Both the position numbers and the translations under genes were made by a program. A stretch of 64,000 bases of DNA. Source: Gammaproteobacteria bacterium SG8_30 (GTDB taxonomy: Bacteria; Pseudomonadota; Gammaproteobacteria; Steroidobacterales; Steroidobacteraceae). The DNA lies in contig LJNS01000001.1 in the NCBI GenBank assembly GCA_001303245.1, positions 40,822 to 104,821 on the forward strand, read 5' to 3'. This document shows, piece by piece, positions 31,096 to 39,118 of this stretch (position 1 is its first letter; each line of letters begins with the position of its first letter). The notes under the pieces are model-generated. The model did no database searches and had not been told where the DNA came from. It worked only from the letters and a program-made list of their open reading frames with translations.

Positions 31096-31434
31096 TCAGC
31101 GGGAGGAGGCGAACTCGGCGCAGCGAATGCAGCGATCGGACTGCGGCAGGGCTTCGAGCCGCCGCTCGTCGATGGGCTGGCCGCATACGATGCACTGGCC
31201 GTAGACGCCCTCTTCGATGCGCTTCAAGGCCCGGTTGATCTGCGAGATCTCGGCCGCCGTCGATTCGCTCAGTCCGGCCAGCACCGCGTCATTCTCCATC
31301 TGCACGACCTGCTCTGCGAAGTCCTTTTCGAGCGGACCCTCGGCGCGCGTGATGCCGGCGTGCACTTCCCCGGCGCGAACCAGCAGCTCGCGCTTGCGCT
31401 CCTCCAACTTCTTCCGGACGAGCGTCGGGTCCAT
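31096..31434 (-). CDS. DksA/TraR family C4-type zinc-finger protein
   Basis: Trimmed to MDPTLVRKKLEERK.. Coiled-coil N-terminus, then CIVCGQPI..(x17)..CIRCAEF, a four-Cys zinc finger. Confidence 0.8.
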   Translation of the reverse strand: MDPTLVRKKLEERKRELLVRAGEVHAGITRAEGPLEKDFAEQVVQMENDAVLAGLSESTAAEISQINRALKRIEEGVYGQCIVCGQPIDERRLEALPQSDRCIRCAEFASSR

Positions 31435-31535
31435 GGTCACGCCAGGGCAGCATCCCCGGTTCGGCATCTTGCGGCATCCTGCTGCGTCGGCCTATGCGTA
31501 CTGGCTCGTAACCGCGTACGCACCGAGCGCAGCGG

Positions 31536-33266
31536 TCAGGCCGTCTCACAGGCAGCGTCGCCGCGGCGGCAGCCCGGCAACAGGACGTTGCCGCGCGTCG
31601 AGGCTGGCCGGTGCACGGCGAGCCCCTTGAGCCCGGCCGCATGTGCGCGACGCAGCAGCCGGCCCAGATCGGCGGCCCGATAGTCGTCCGGCAGCAGGAC
31701 AGTCTTCGAGATCGCCCCATCCACTTCGGCCTGGAGGGCCGCCTGCATGTCGACCTGGGCCTCGGGTCCCACCGCGGCAGCCTCCACGAAGCGGGACGCG
31801 TCCCGCCCGCCCGCCGCGCGGAACAGCGTCCAGGCGCGGTCCTCAACCTCGAACTCCTGCTCGCCACCGCCCTCGAGGCGCAGCCGCCGACGCTGGCGGC
31901 ACGCCGGGATGGGCTCGAGTCCCGGCGAGACGTTCCCCGCAAGCAGGCTGATCGAGCCGGTGGGTGCGATGGCGAGCAGGTGACTGTTGCGGATACCGTG
32001 CCGCGCAATGGCGTCGCGCAGGTCGCGGGGCAACCTGCGGACGAACGGGGAGGCGAGGTAAGGCTCGGTCTCGAACGCGGGACACGGGCCTTTCTCGCGG
32101 GCGATTGCGACGGAAGCCCGGTAGGCGGCCAGCTTGATACAGCGCAGCGCGCCGGCCGCCGCCTCGAGCGATGCCGGGGAGCCGTAGGCCAGGCCGAGCA
32201 TCGCCAGTGCGTCGCCGAGCCCGGTGATGCCGAGGCCGATCCGGCGGGTCGTGAGCGCGACCTCGCGCTGTCGTGCGAGCGGGTAGGTGGTCACGTCGAG
32301 CACGTCGTCCAGCATGCGCACGGCCGTGGCAGTCACCCCGGCGAGGGCATCGACGTCGACGGCGGCGGCAGCGGTGAACGGCCTGCTCACGAACGCGGGC
32401 AGGTTGAGCGAGCCGAGGTCGCAGGACCCGTAGGGCGGCAACGGCACCTCGCCGCAGGGATTTGTCGCCGTGAGCCGCTCGCGCCAATGAAGGTTGTTCT
32501 CACGGTTGATCGTGTCGACGAAGAGCACGCCCGGCTCCGAAGACTCCAGGGCGTGGCCGAGCAGGCGCTCCCAGAGCGTCCGGGCCGAGGGCCCGGTGCT
32601 CGGCCGGCCCGGTGCCTCGGCAGACTGCAGCGGCCACCCGGCATCGGCGTCCAGGGCGCGCAGGAAGGCATCGCTCAGCTGGACGGACAGGTTGAACCGG
32701 GGCAGCGCCCCGGCCGCGGACTTGGCGGCCATGAAGGGCGGGAGGTCGGGGTGATCGTCCCGCAGCGTGGCGATCATGGCCCCGCCCCGCGCGCTGCCCA
32801 TCGTGAAGACCTCGCACGCCGCGTCCATCAGCCGCAGGAATCCCACCGGGCCGATGCCGGCGAAATCGCCCACCAGCCCGCTCTCGCCTGCGGGTGCGAG
32901 CGTCGAGAGGTCCCACCCGATCCCTCCGCCGCGCGACAGGGTCTCGACGCCCTCGCCCACGGCGCACAGGACGCCGGCACGGGTGTCCTCGACCGGCCCC
33001 ATGACGAAACAGTTGAGGAGGCTGGTCGAATTGACCGCGCCCGCGCCGGCGAGGATGCGCCCGCCGGGCAGGAACCGGAACTCGTCCAGGATCGAGGCGA
33101 ACCGCGGCTGCCAGGCCTCCGGGTCCCGCTCGGCCGCCGCGAGCGCTTTAGCGACGCGCGCAAGCGTCTCGTCGAGGCTGCGCTCCGCCGTGCCGTCTTC
33201 GCGGCGGGTCCGATAGCGCGCCCGCCAGACGTGTTCCGCCAGCGGATTGGGTGGTGCAGACAGCAT
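31536..33266 (-). CDS. nrdJ: short-form adenosylcobalamin-dependent (class II) ribonucleotide reductase
   Basis: Thiyl-radical Cys motif TNPCGEVPL, LLNCFVMG, FLPGGRIL, and a C-terminal Cys pair GCRRGDAAC. Start chosen at MLSAPPNPL; the track start at 33299 is also possible. Confidence 0.8.
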   Translation of the reverse strand: MLSAPPNPLAEHVWRARYRTRREDGTAERSLDETLARVAKALAAAERDPEAWQPRFASILDEFRFLPGGRILAGAGAVNSTSLLNCFVMGPVEDTRAGVLCAVGEGVETLSRGGGIGWDLSTLAPAGESGLVGDFAGIGPVGFLRLMDAACEVFTMGSARGGAMIATLRDDHPDLPPFMAAKSAAGALPRFNLSVQLSDAFLRALDADAGWPLQSAEAPGRPSTGPSARTLWERLLGHALESSEPGVLFVDTINRENNLHWRERLTATNPCGEVPLPPYGSCDLGSLNLPAFVSRPFTAAAAVDVDALAGVTATAVRMLDDVLDVTTYPLARQREVALTTRRIGLGITGLGDALAMLGLAYGSPASLEAAAGALRCIKLAAYRASVAIAREKGPCPAFETEPYLASPFVRRLPRDLRDAIARHGIRNSHLLAIAPTGSISLLAGNVSPGLEPIPACRQRRRLRLEGGGEQEFEVEDRAWTLFRAAGGRDASRFVEAAAVGPEAQVDMQAALQAEVDGAISKTVLLPDDYRAADLGRLLRRAHAAGLKGLAVHRPASTRGNVLLPGCRRGDAACETA

Positions 33267-33374
33267 GGAGTGACGCCGCTGCCTCGGGGCGATTGCCACC
33301 GCCGAGCCGGCCCCCTTAATATTCGGGGCAACCGCGGGTCACGAATCCGCACAAGCCGAAGAGAGGGCGCCCGC

Positions 33375-33722
33375 ATGGGCAGAGAGCACGATCCCATTGT
33401 CGGCCAGTGGTACGAGAACCTCGAGGAGAACGAGGCGTTCCAGGTCCTGTCCGTCGACGAGGACTCGGAGATGATCGAGATCCAGTACGAGGACGGAGAC
33501 ATCGAGGAGATCGACTACGAGACCTGGCAGGAGCTCGACCTCGAGAAGACCGAGGAGCCGGAAGGATGGACCGGCTCCGACGAGGAGTACGAGGACGAGG
33601 ACGAGGACGAGGACGAAGACTGGGATGAGGACGAAGAGGACGAAGAGGACGAAGAAGACGACGAGGACGACTGGGACGAAGACGAGGACGACGACCGCTA
33701 CGGGGACCGGGACGACTACTGA
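33375..33722 (+). CDS. small highly acidic protein with a conserved-looking N-terminal domain and a D/E low-complexity tail
   Basis: Read from the tail of track frame 31611..33722: MGREHDPIVGQWYENLEENEAFQVLSVDEDSEMIEIQYEDGDIEEIDYETWQELDLEK.. followed by a (D/E)n tail. RBS GAGAGGG lies 7 nt upstream of ATG 33375. Confidence 0.65.
   Translation: MGREHDPIVGQWYENLEENEAFQVLSVDEDSEMIEIQYEDGDIEEIDYETWQELDLEKTEEPEGWTGSDEEYEDEDEDEDEDWDEDEEDEEDEEDDEDDWDEDEDDDRYGDRDDY
33580..33696 (+). repeat. GAC/GAG/GAA trinucleotide low-complexity tract (coding, D/E run)
   Basis: Direct reading shows gacgaggagtacgaggacgaggacgaggacgaggacgaagac..gacgaggacgacgac. It encodes EDEDEDEDEDWDEDEEDEEDEEDDEDDWDEDEDDD. Confidence 0.8.
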
Positions 33723-33782
33723 CTCCCTCCGCCCGCTCCTGTCTCCCGCGGGCACCATCGCTTCCCGGCCCGCCCCCGCATC

Positions 33783-35711
33783 GTGAAGCCCGCGCTTGAA
33801 CGCAAAGTAGCCCGCGGCGGCTCCACCGTCGCCGAACTCGAACTTCGGGCCGTACTCGACGCGGCGGTCGATGCAGTCATCATCATCGACTCCGACGGAT
33901 CGATCGAGACCTTCAGCCGGGCCGCGGAGAGGCTGTTCGGCTATGCCTCCGCAGAAGTCGTCGGACGCAACGTCAGCGTGCTCATGCCCGAGCCCTTCCG
34001 CAGCCAGCACGACGGCTACATCGCCCACCACGTGCGGACCGGCGAGAATCGGATCATCGGCAAGGGGCGCGAAGTCATCGCGCAGCGCCGCGACGGCTCG
34101 CTGTTCCCGGTCGCCCTGGCGGTCGGCCGGATCGATGGCCTCGACCCGCCCCGCTTCGTCGGCTTCGTTCACGACATCACCGACCGCAAGCGGGTGGTCG
34201 AGGCGCTCAGGCGCGAGCGCGACAGGGCGCAGGCCTACCTCGACCTCGCCGAGGTGATGCTGCTCGCGCTCGATTCCAGCGGCACCATATCGCTCGTCAA
34301 TCGCAAGGGTTGCGAAATCCTCGGATGGCCCGAGGACGAGCTCGTCGGCAGGAACTGGTTCTCGACCTGCCTGCCGGAGGAGCTGCGCGGCGACGTGGAA
34401 GCGCTGTATACCCGTTTCTTCGACGGGACGGTTTCCCCGGCCCACTACGCCGAGCACGAGATCGTCACCCGCAGCGGCGAGCGCAAGCTTATCGCCTGGC
34501 GCAACGTCGCGCTGCGCGACGAGCGCGGGCTCGTCAGCGGCACCTTGTCCTCGGGCGAGGACGTGACCGAGCAGCGGCGCGCGATCGAGGCCGTGCGCAA
34601 GAGCGAGCAGCTGCTGCGCGACGCCCAGTCGATCGCCAACCTGGGCAACTACGAGACGACGATCCCGGGCGGCCACGCCTTCTGGTCGCCGCAGCTCTAC
34701 GCCATCCTCGGCGCGGACCCGGCGGCAGGCCCGATGCCGGTGGAAGAGTACATAGAGCACTGCGTGCACGCTGATGACCGAGAGCGCTTCCTCCAGGCCT
34801 GGGCCCGGATCCTGCGGGAAGGCGGACCGTTCGACCTCGAGTACCGGATCACGCGGCCCGACAGGTCGGTGCGCCACGTGCACTCGATCGCGCGCGTCTC
34901 GCTCGACCCGGAGGGGCGTGCACAGGTGGTGGGCACGCTGCACGACATCACCGACCGCAAGCTCGCCGAGGAGGAGATCCGCCAGACCCAGGACCGCCTG
35001 ACCCAGTTCTCGCGCCTGTCGACGATGGGCGAGATGGCGGCCGGACTCGCGCACGAGATCAACCAGCCGCTGACCGCGATCGCCAACTACGCGCAGGCGC
35101 TGCAGCGCCTGCTGGCCGCGCCGGCCGACGTGGAGCAGGAGGACCTCGATCTCGCGCTCGGCCAGATCTCGGCCCAGGCGCTGCGCGCGGGCGAGGTGAT
35201 CCGGCGTCTGCGTTCCTTCGTCAAGAACCGCGAGGCGAAGACCGAGATCATCGATCCCACGCGTCTCATCGCGGACATGATGGTGTTCGCGGAACCGGAC
35301 GCGAGGCTCGCCGACATCCGCATCCGCGTGGAGGCCGGCGACGGCCTGCCCCCGGTCGCCTGCGACCCCGTTCAGATCCAGCAGGTGCTGCTCAACCTGA
35401 TCCGCAACGCGATCGACGCGACCATCGAGGCGGGGGCGTCGAGTCGCGAGATAGTCCTGCGCACGCGCCTCGACGAGGGCGGCGACATCGAGGTGAGCGT
35501 GGAGGACCGCGGCACCGGCATCTCTTCCGACGTGGCGGAAAACATCGGCCACCCGTTCTTCACGACCAAGGCCTCCGGCACCGGGCTCGGCATCGCCATC
35601 AGCCGTTCCATCCTGCGTGCCCACGGCGGCCGGCTGGCACATCGGCCAACACCCGGCGGCGGCGCCACGGTATTCTTTACACTTCCCGCGATGCCAGGGA
35701 GCGACAAATGA
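33783..35711 (+). CDS. fixL: soluble oxygen-sensor histidine kinase FixL (heme PAS + 2 PAS + HisKA + HATPase)
   Basis: The first PAS carries the FixL heme pocket MPEPFRSQHDGYIAHHVRTGENRIIGKGREVIAQRRDGSLFPVALAVG (compare rhizobial MPEPYRHEHDGYL..GEKRIIG..RKDGSTFPM). H-box LAHEINQPL. ATP-lid DRGTGI..GTGLGIAISRSI. No TM segments. GTG start. Confidence 0.85.
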   Translation: MKPALERKVARGGSTVAELELRAVLDAAVDAVIIIDSDGSIETFSRAAERLFGYASAEVVGRNVSVLMPEPFRSQHDGYIAHHVRTGENRIIGKGREVIAQRRDGSLFPVALAVGRIDGLDPPRFVGFVHDITDRKRVVEALRRERDRAQAYLDLAEVMLLALDSSGTISLVNRKGCEILGWPEDELVGRNWFSTCLPEELRGDVEALYTRFFDGTVSPAHYAEHEIVTRSGERKLIAWRNVALRDERGLVSGTLSSGEDVTEQRRAIEAVRKSEQLLRDAQSIANLGNYETTIPGGHAFWSPQLYAILGADPAAGPMPVEEYIEHCVHADDRERFLQAWARILREGGPFDLEYRITRPDRSVRHVHSIARVSLDPEGRAQVVGTLHDITDRKLAEEEIRQTQDRLTQFSRLSTMGEMAAGLAHEINQPLTAIANYAQALQRLLAAPADVEQEDLDLALGQISAQALRAGEVIRRLRSFVKNREAKTEIIDPTRLIADMMVFAEPDARLADIRIRVEAGDGLPPVACDPVQIQQVLLNLIRNAIDATIEAGASSREIVLRTRLDEGGDIEVSVEDRGTGISSDVAENIGHPFFTTKASGTGLGIAISRSILRAHGGRLAHRPTPGGGATVFFTLPAMPGSDK

Positions 35712-36325
35712 AGGAAAAGCCGGCGACCGTGTTCGTAGTGGACGACGACGAGGCAGTCAGAACCTCGCTGCGGCTGCTGCTCAAGTCCGTCGGGCTTCCC
35801 GTCGAAACCTTCGCCTCGGCGCAGGAGTTCCTTGATCAGTTCGACCCGGACCGCGCGGGCTGCCTGGTGCTCGACATCCGCATGCCCGGCATGAGCGGCC
35901 TGGAGCTCCAGCAGCACCTGAACGACCGGCACTCCATCATGCCCGTCGTGTTCATCACCGGCCACGGCGATGTTCCGATGGCGGTCGAGGCGATGCAGGC
36001 CGGCGCGGTCGACTTCATCCAGAAGCCCTTCCGGGACCAGGACCTCATCGACCGCATCAACCGCGCGCTCGAGAAGGACCGGGAGATGCGCGGCGAACTG
36101 CGCGAGCGCGACGAGATCCGCCGCCGCATGTCGCAACTCACGCCGCGCGAGCGCGAGGTGCTCGAGCTGGTCACGCAGGGCAAGGCCAACAAGGTCATCG
36201 CCGGCGACCTCAACGTCAGCCAGCGCACCGTCGAGATTCATCGCGCGCGTGTCATGGAAAAAATGGGCGCCAGTTCCCTCGCGCACCTGGTGCGAATGGT
36301 GATCGAGGCCCATCGCGAGGGCTGA
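35708..36325 (+). CDS. fixJ: FixJ-type response regulator (REC + LuxR HTH)
   Basis: VFVVDDDEAVR..LVLDIRMPGMSG..FITGHGD..FIQKP receiver domain. LTPREREVLELVTQGKANKVIAGDLNVSQRTVEIHR HTH. ATGA overlap with fixL. Confidence 0.85.
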   Translation: MKEKPATVFVVDDDEAVRTSLRLLLKSVGLPVETFASAQEFLDQFDPDRAGCLVLDIRMPGMSGLELQQHLNDRHSIMPVVFITGHGDVPMAVEAMQAGAVDFIQKPFRDQDLIDRINRALEKDREMRGELRERDEIRRRMSQLTPREREVLELVTQGKANKVIAGDLNVSQRTVEIHRARVMEKMGASSLAHLVRMVIEAHREG

Positions 36326-36461
36326 GCCGGACCGCGCGCGGTACGTCAGCGCAGTCCCGGTAGGGGTTTCCTCTTATTCAGGTTCCGAGGACCTCACCCG
36401 GATACTCCCCCCCAAAAGACGGAGCGCGCCGCGCGACAGCGCGACGCCGACGCGGCGGGTC

Positions 36462-36884
36462 ATGGTCGTCCATCCAGTCAATAGTCCCGAGTCCTCTTCC
36501 GACGTCGTGTGCCTGCTGGACACGGACGAGGAGCTCGTTCGACGCGTCGCCGACCTGCTGACGTCGACGGGGGCCGACGTGCGCATCTTCCGGACCGGCC
36601 AGGCGATGCTCGCCGAGGGCGACCTGCAGCCGCTGTGCGTCGTCGCCGAGATGCGCCTGCCCGACATGACCGGTGTCGAGCTCATCGAAGCCTTGCGTCA
36701 CCGCGGTGTCGCCTCGCCCGTGATCCTGCTGTCGGCCGAGAGCGACGTGGCGACCGCCGTGTCCGCCATGCGCGCGGGCGCGCTCGACTTCATCGAGAAG
36801 CCCCACGTCGACCGTCTGCTGGCCTGGCACGTCCGTCGGCTGCTGGAGAGCCGCGACGTTCCGTCAGCCGACCGGCCCGACTGA
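36462..36884 (+). CDS. stand-alone receiver domain with Glu replacing the phospho-acceptor Asp (pseudo-receiver)
   Basis: 140 aa. It aligns to the FixJ receiver: VVCLLDTDEE.., CVVAEMRLPDMTG (FixJ: CLVLDIRMPGMSG), LLSAESD, FIEKP. Glu63 is GAG at 36648-36650. No output domain. Confidence 0.75.
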   Translation: MVVHPVNSPESSSDVVCLLDTDEELVRRVADLLTSTGADVRIFRTGQAMLAEGDLQPLCVVAEMRLPDMTGVELIEALRHRGVASPVILLSAESDVATAVSAMRAGALDFIEKPHVDRLLAWHVRRLLESRDVPSADRPD

Positions 36885-36901
36885 CCCCCACGCGGCAGCG
36901 C

Positions 36902-37933
36902 ATGGCCGACGACCCGCGGGAAAGCTGGTTTCACGAGCGCCAGTCCGCCTGGCTCTACCGTCGGCTCGCCGAAGTCGAGGACGACCCGGCATGCAGGAAG
37001 CTCTTCTCGTCCCTGGCGCACGCCGCCGACGAGCAGGCAGCGACGTGGGCCAGGAAGTCCGGCATCGACGAGGAGCGGTTCTCGCCTAGCCTGCGCGCGC
37101 GCATCGTCGCCACGCTGCTGCGCGGGCTGGGCGTCCGCCGGCTGCGGCCGGCGCTGGTCGCGATGAAGCTGCGGGGCCTGTCGGTGTACGACCGCCGCGC
37201 GCCGTCCGGGCACCCCATGCCGACCAGCGTCGACCAGGTCGGGGGGCGTCACCGTTCGGTGAGCGGCGGAAACCTGCGGGCGGCCGTGTTCGGCGTCAAC
37301 GACGGCCTCGTCTCGAATGTCAGCCTGATCCTGGGCGTGGCGGGGGCCGGTCTGGACCAGGGCCCCGTGCTGACGGCCGGTGTAGCCGGCCTGCTCGCCG
37401 GTGCCCTGTCCATGGCGGCGGGGGAGTACGTCTCCATGCGCTCGCAGCGGGAGATGTACGAATACCAGATCGGCCTCGAGCGTGACGAGCTCGCCGAGTA
37501 CCCGGAAGAGGAAGCGGAAGAACTGGCGCTGATCTACGAGGCGCGGGGCATGGAGCTGGAGCAGGCAAGGGAGCTGGCGGCAAGCCTCGTGCAGCGGCCC
37601 GAGAGCGCCCTCGACACCTTGGCGCGGGAGGAGCTCGGTCTCAATCCCGACGACCTCGGCTCGCCCTGGGGCGCGGCGCTCGCGTCGTTTGCGGCCTTCG
37701 CGCTGGGCGCTGCCCTGCCGCTTGCCCCGTTCGTGATCACCGTGCACGGCCACCCGGCGCTGCAGGTCGCCATCGTGCTGACCGCCGTCGCCCTGTTCGC
37801 CGTGGGCGCCGTCATCTCGCTGTTCACGGGCCGCAGCGCACTGGCGAGCGGGCTCAGGATGCTGATGATCGGCGGAGGCGCCGGCCTGACGACGTGGGCG
37901 ATCGGCCGCCTGGTCGGCGTGACGCTCGCCTGA
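36902..37933 (+). CDS. VIT1/CCC1 family iron/manganese transporter with an N-terminal cytosolic helical domain
   Basis: Track ORF 36509..37933 trimmed to MADDPRESWFHERQSAWLYRRLAE.. C-terminal VIT1 motifs AVFGVNDGLVSNVSLILGVAG and MAAGEYVSMRSQRE, and 5 TM segments. Confidence 0.85.
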   Translation: MADDPRESWFHERQSAWLYRRLAEVEDDPACRKLFSSLAHAADEQAATWARKSGIDEERFSPSLRARIVATLLRGLGVRRLRPALVAMKLRGLSVYDRRAPSGHPMPTSVDQVGGRHRSVSGGNLRAAVFGVNDGLVSNVSLILGVAGAGLDQGPVLTAGVAGLLAGALSMAAGEYVSMRSQREMYEYQIGLERDELAEYPEEEAEELALIYEARGMELEQARELAASLVQRPESALDTLAREELGLNPDDLGSPWGAALASFAAFALGAALPLAPFVITVHGHPALQVAIVLTAVALFAVGAVISLFTGRSALASGLRMLMIGGGAGLTTWAIGRLVGVTLA

Positions 37934-38819
37934 GGCGAAGGCCCTCGCCCGCGGGTGGCGCCCGGAGATCAGGCACCTCGATTCGCTCGAGCAGGCGCGC
38001 GAGTTCCTTTTCCCGCTTCGCCATGACCTTTCTCACGGCCGGCTTCAGACGCGGCACGAGCAGCGGCGAGAGCGGCTCGCCCAGGCCACGCAGCCAGGCG
38101 AGTGCCTGCGTTGCGTCGCGGTGATCCCCCAGGCAATTCTGTAGGCGCTTCACGGGCTTGACCGCGGGGCGCGGATCGAGCCCGAGCATCGGCATCAGCG
38201 ACTCGCTGGCATAGCGCGCATGCTTGGCAGCCAGCCGAAGCTCGTGCAGTGCCGTCGCGTCGGCGCCGCGCGCGGCCTTCCGGCTGCGCAAGAGACGCTT
38301 CCAGCGCTTGGTGAGGCGGCCGGAGACCAGCTTGCGCAGGTCTCCGCTGCCGGCGACCAGCCGCGGGTCCCCCAGGGCCGCCTCCAGACGCTCGAGGCGC
38401 TCGAGATACGCCTCGGATCCCGCGTGTTTCCGGAACTCGAGCCGCGCCAGCCGGCGATCGCTCTCTAGCTGCCGCTGCAACCGCTCCCGCGCACCAGGCG
38501 GCAGGGCGTCGGTCCTGGCCACAAGCTCCTGCAGCCAGTCGCGGCGCACGTCGGTCTCGCGGATGGTTTCTAGCTCGAGCGCGACGTTGCGCAGGTCGCG
38601 CCGTGCGCGGGCAGACAGGGTCGGCTCCAGCAGGGGCTTGAGCGTCGACAGCACGGAGCGCAAGGTCCTTGCCGCCACACGTGACTGGTGCACGGGCTCC
38701 TCCGCGAGCCCGCCCTGCGCCCGGCGCAACTCGGCGAGGAGCCGCCCCCGCAGCCTGAGGATCTGGCCGCGCAACTCGGATGCCGAAACCGTCGTCGCCG
38801 TTCGGCTCACGGGGCGCTG
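37854..38819 (-). CDS. CHAD domain-containing protein
   Basis: Arg/Leu-rich helical protein with CHAD-like signatures (PVHQSRVAARTLRSVL, LHELRLAAKHARYASE, RLQNCLGDHRDA). Start uncertain: proposed GTG (complement of 38817-38819) overlapping the cbpM stop. The 3' end overlaps the convergent VIT1 gene by 80 nt. Confidence 0.68.
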   Translation of the reverse strand, partial: QRPVSRTATTVSASELRGQILRLRGRLLAELRRAQGGLAEEPVHQSRVAARTLRSVLSTLKPLLEPTLSARARRDLRNVALELETIRETDVRRDWLQELVARTDALPPGARERLQRQLESDRRLARLEFRKHAGSEAYLERLERLEAALGDPRLVAGSGDLRKLVSGRLTKRWKRLLRSRKAARGADATALHELRLAAKHARYASESLMPMLGLDPRPAVKPVKRLQNCLGDHRDATQALAWLRGLGEPLSPLLVPRLKPAVRKVMAKREKELARLLERIEVPDLRAPPAGEGLRLRRASRRPGGRSPTSSGRRLRRSSAS

Positions 38820-39118
38820 CCGGCGAGCCGCTCCAGTCCGGCGATCCGTCGGCGCATGCGTTCGCGCTCCTCGAGCAGGTCGACGATGAGTGCCGCGGCC
38901 GCAGCGTGCAGCTCGAGCTCGCGCGCGATTCGCACCGCTCGGGACAGGCGTGCCGCCTCCGGCGGCGTGAAGCGCCAGCCGCCGGCAGGCTCCGGGTGCG
39001 GTCCGGCGAGACCGAGTTCTACGTATTCGACGACCACGGAGGTCTCCACGCCCAGCGCCTCGCCGAGCTCCTCGAGCCCGATCGGTGAGGACTCGGCCTC
39101 GAGGCATTCACGCTGCAT
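38807..39118 (-). CDS. cbpM: chaperone modulator CbpM (MerR-like fold)
   Basis: About 103 aa directly after cbpA, with an 11-nt overlap. LEELGEALGVETSVVVEYVELGL.. and a C-terminal helix IVDLLEERERMRRRI, typical of CbpM. Confidence 0.72.
   Translation of the reverse strand: MQRECLEAESSPIGLEELGEALGVETSVVVEYVELGLAGPHPEPAGGWRFTPPEAARLSRAVRIARELELHAAAAALIVDLLEERERMRRRIAGLERLAGSAP

Noticed and set aside
33580-33696. GAC/GAG repeat tract as a non-coding tandem repeat or CRISPR-like array.
   Set aside because: It lies in frame inside an ORF with a good RBS and encodes a continuous D/E tail. It has no repeat-spacer organisation.
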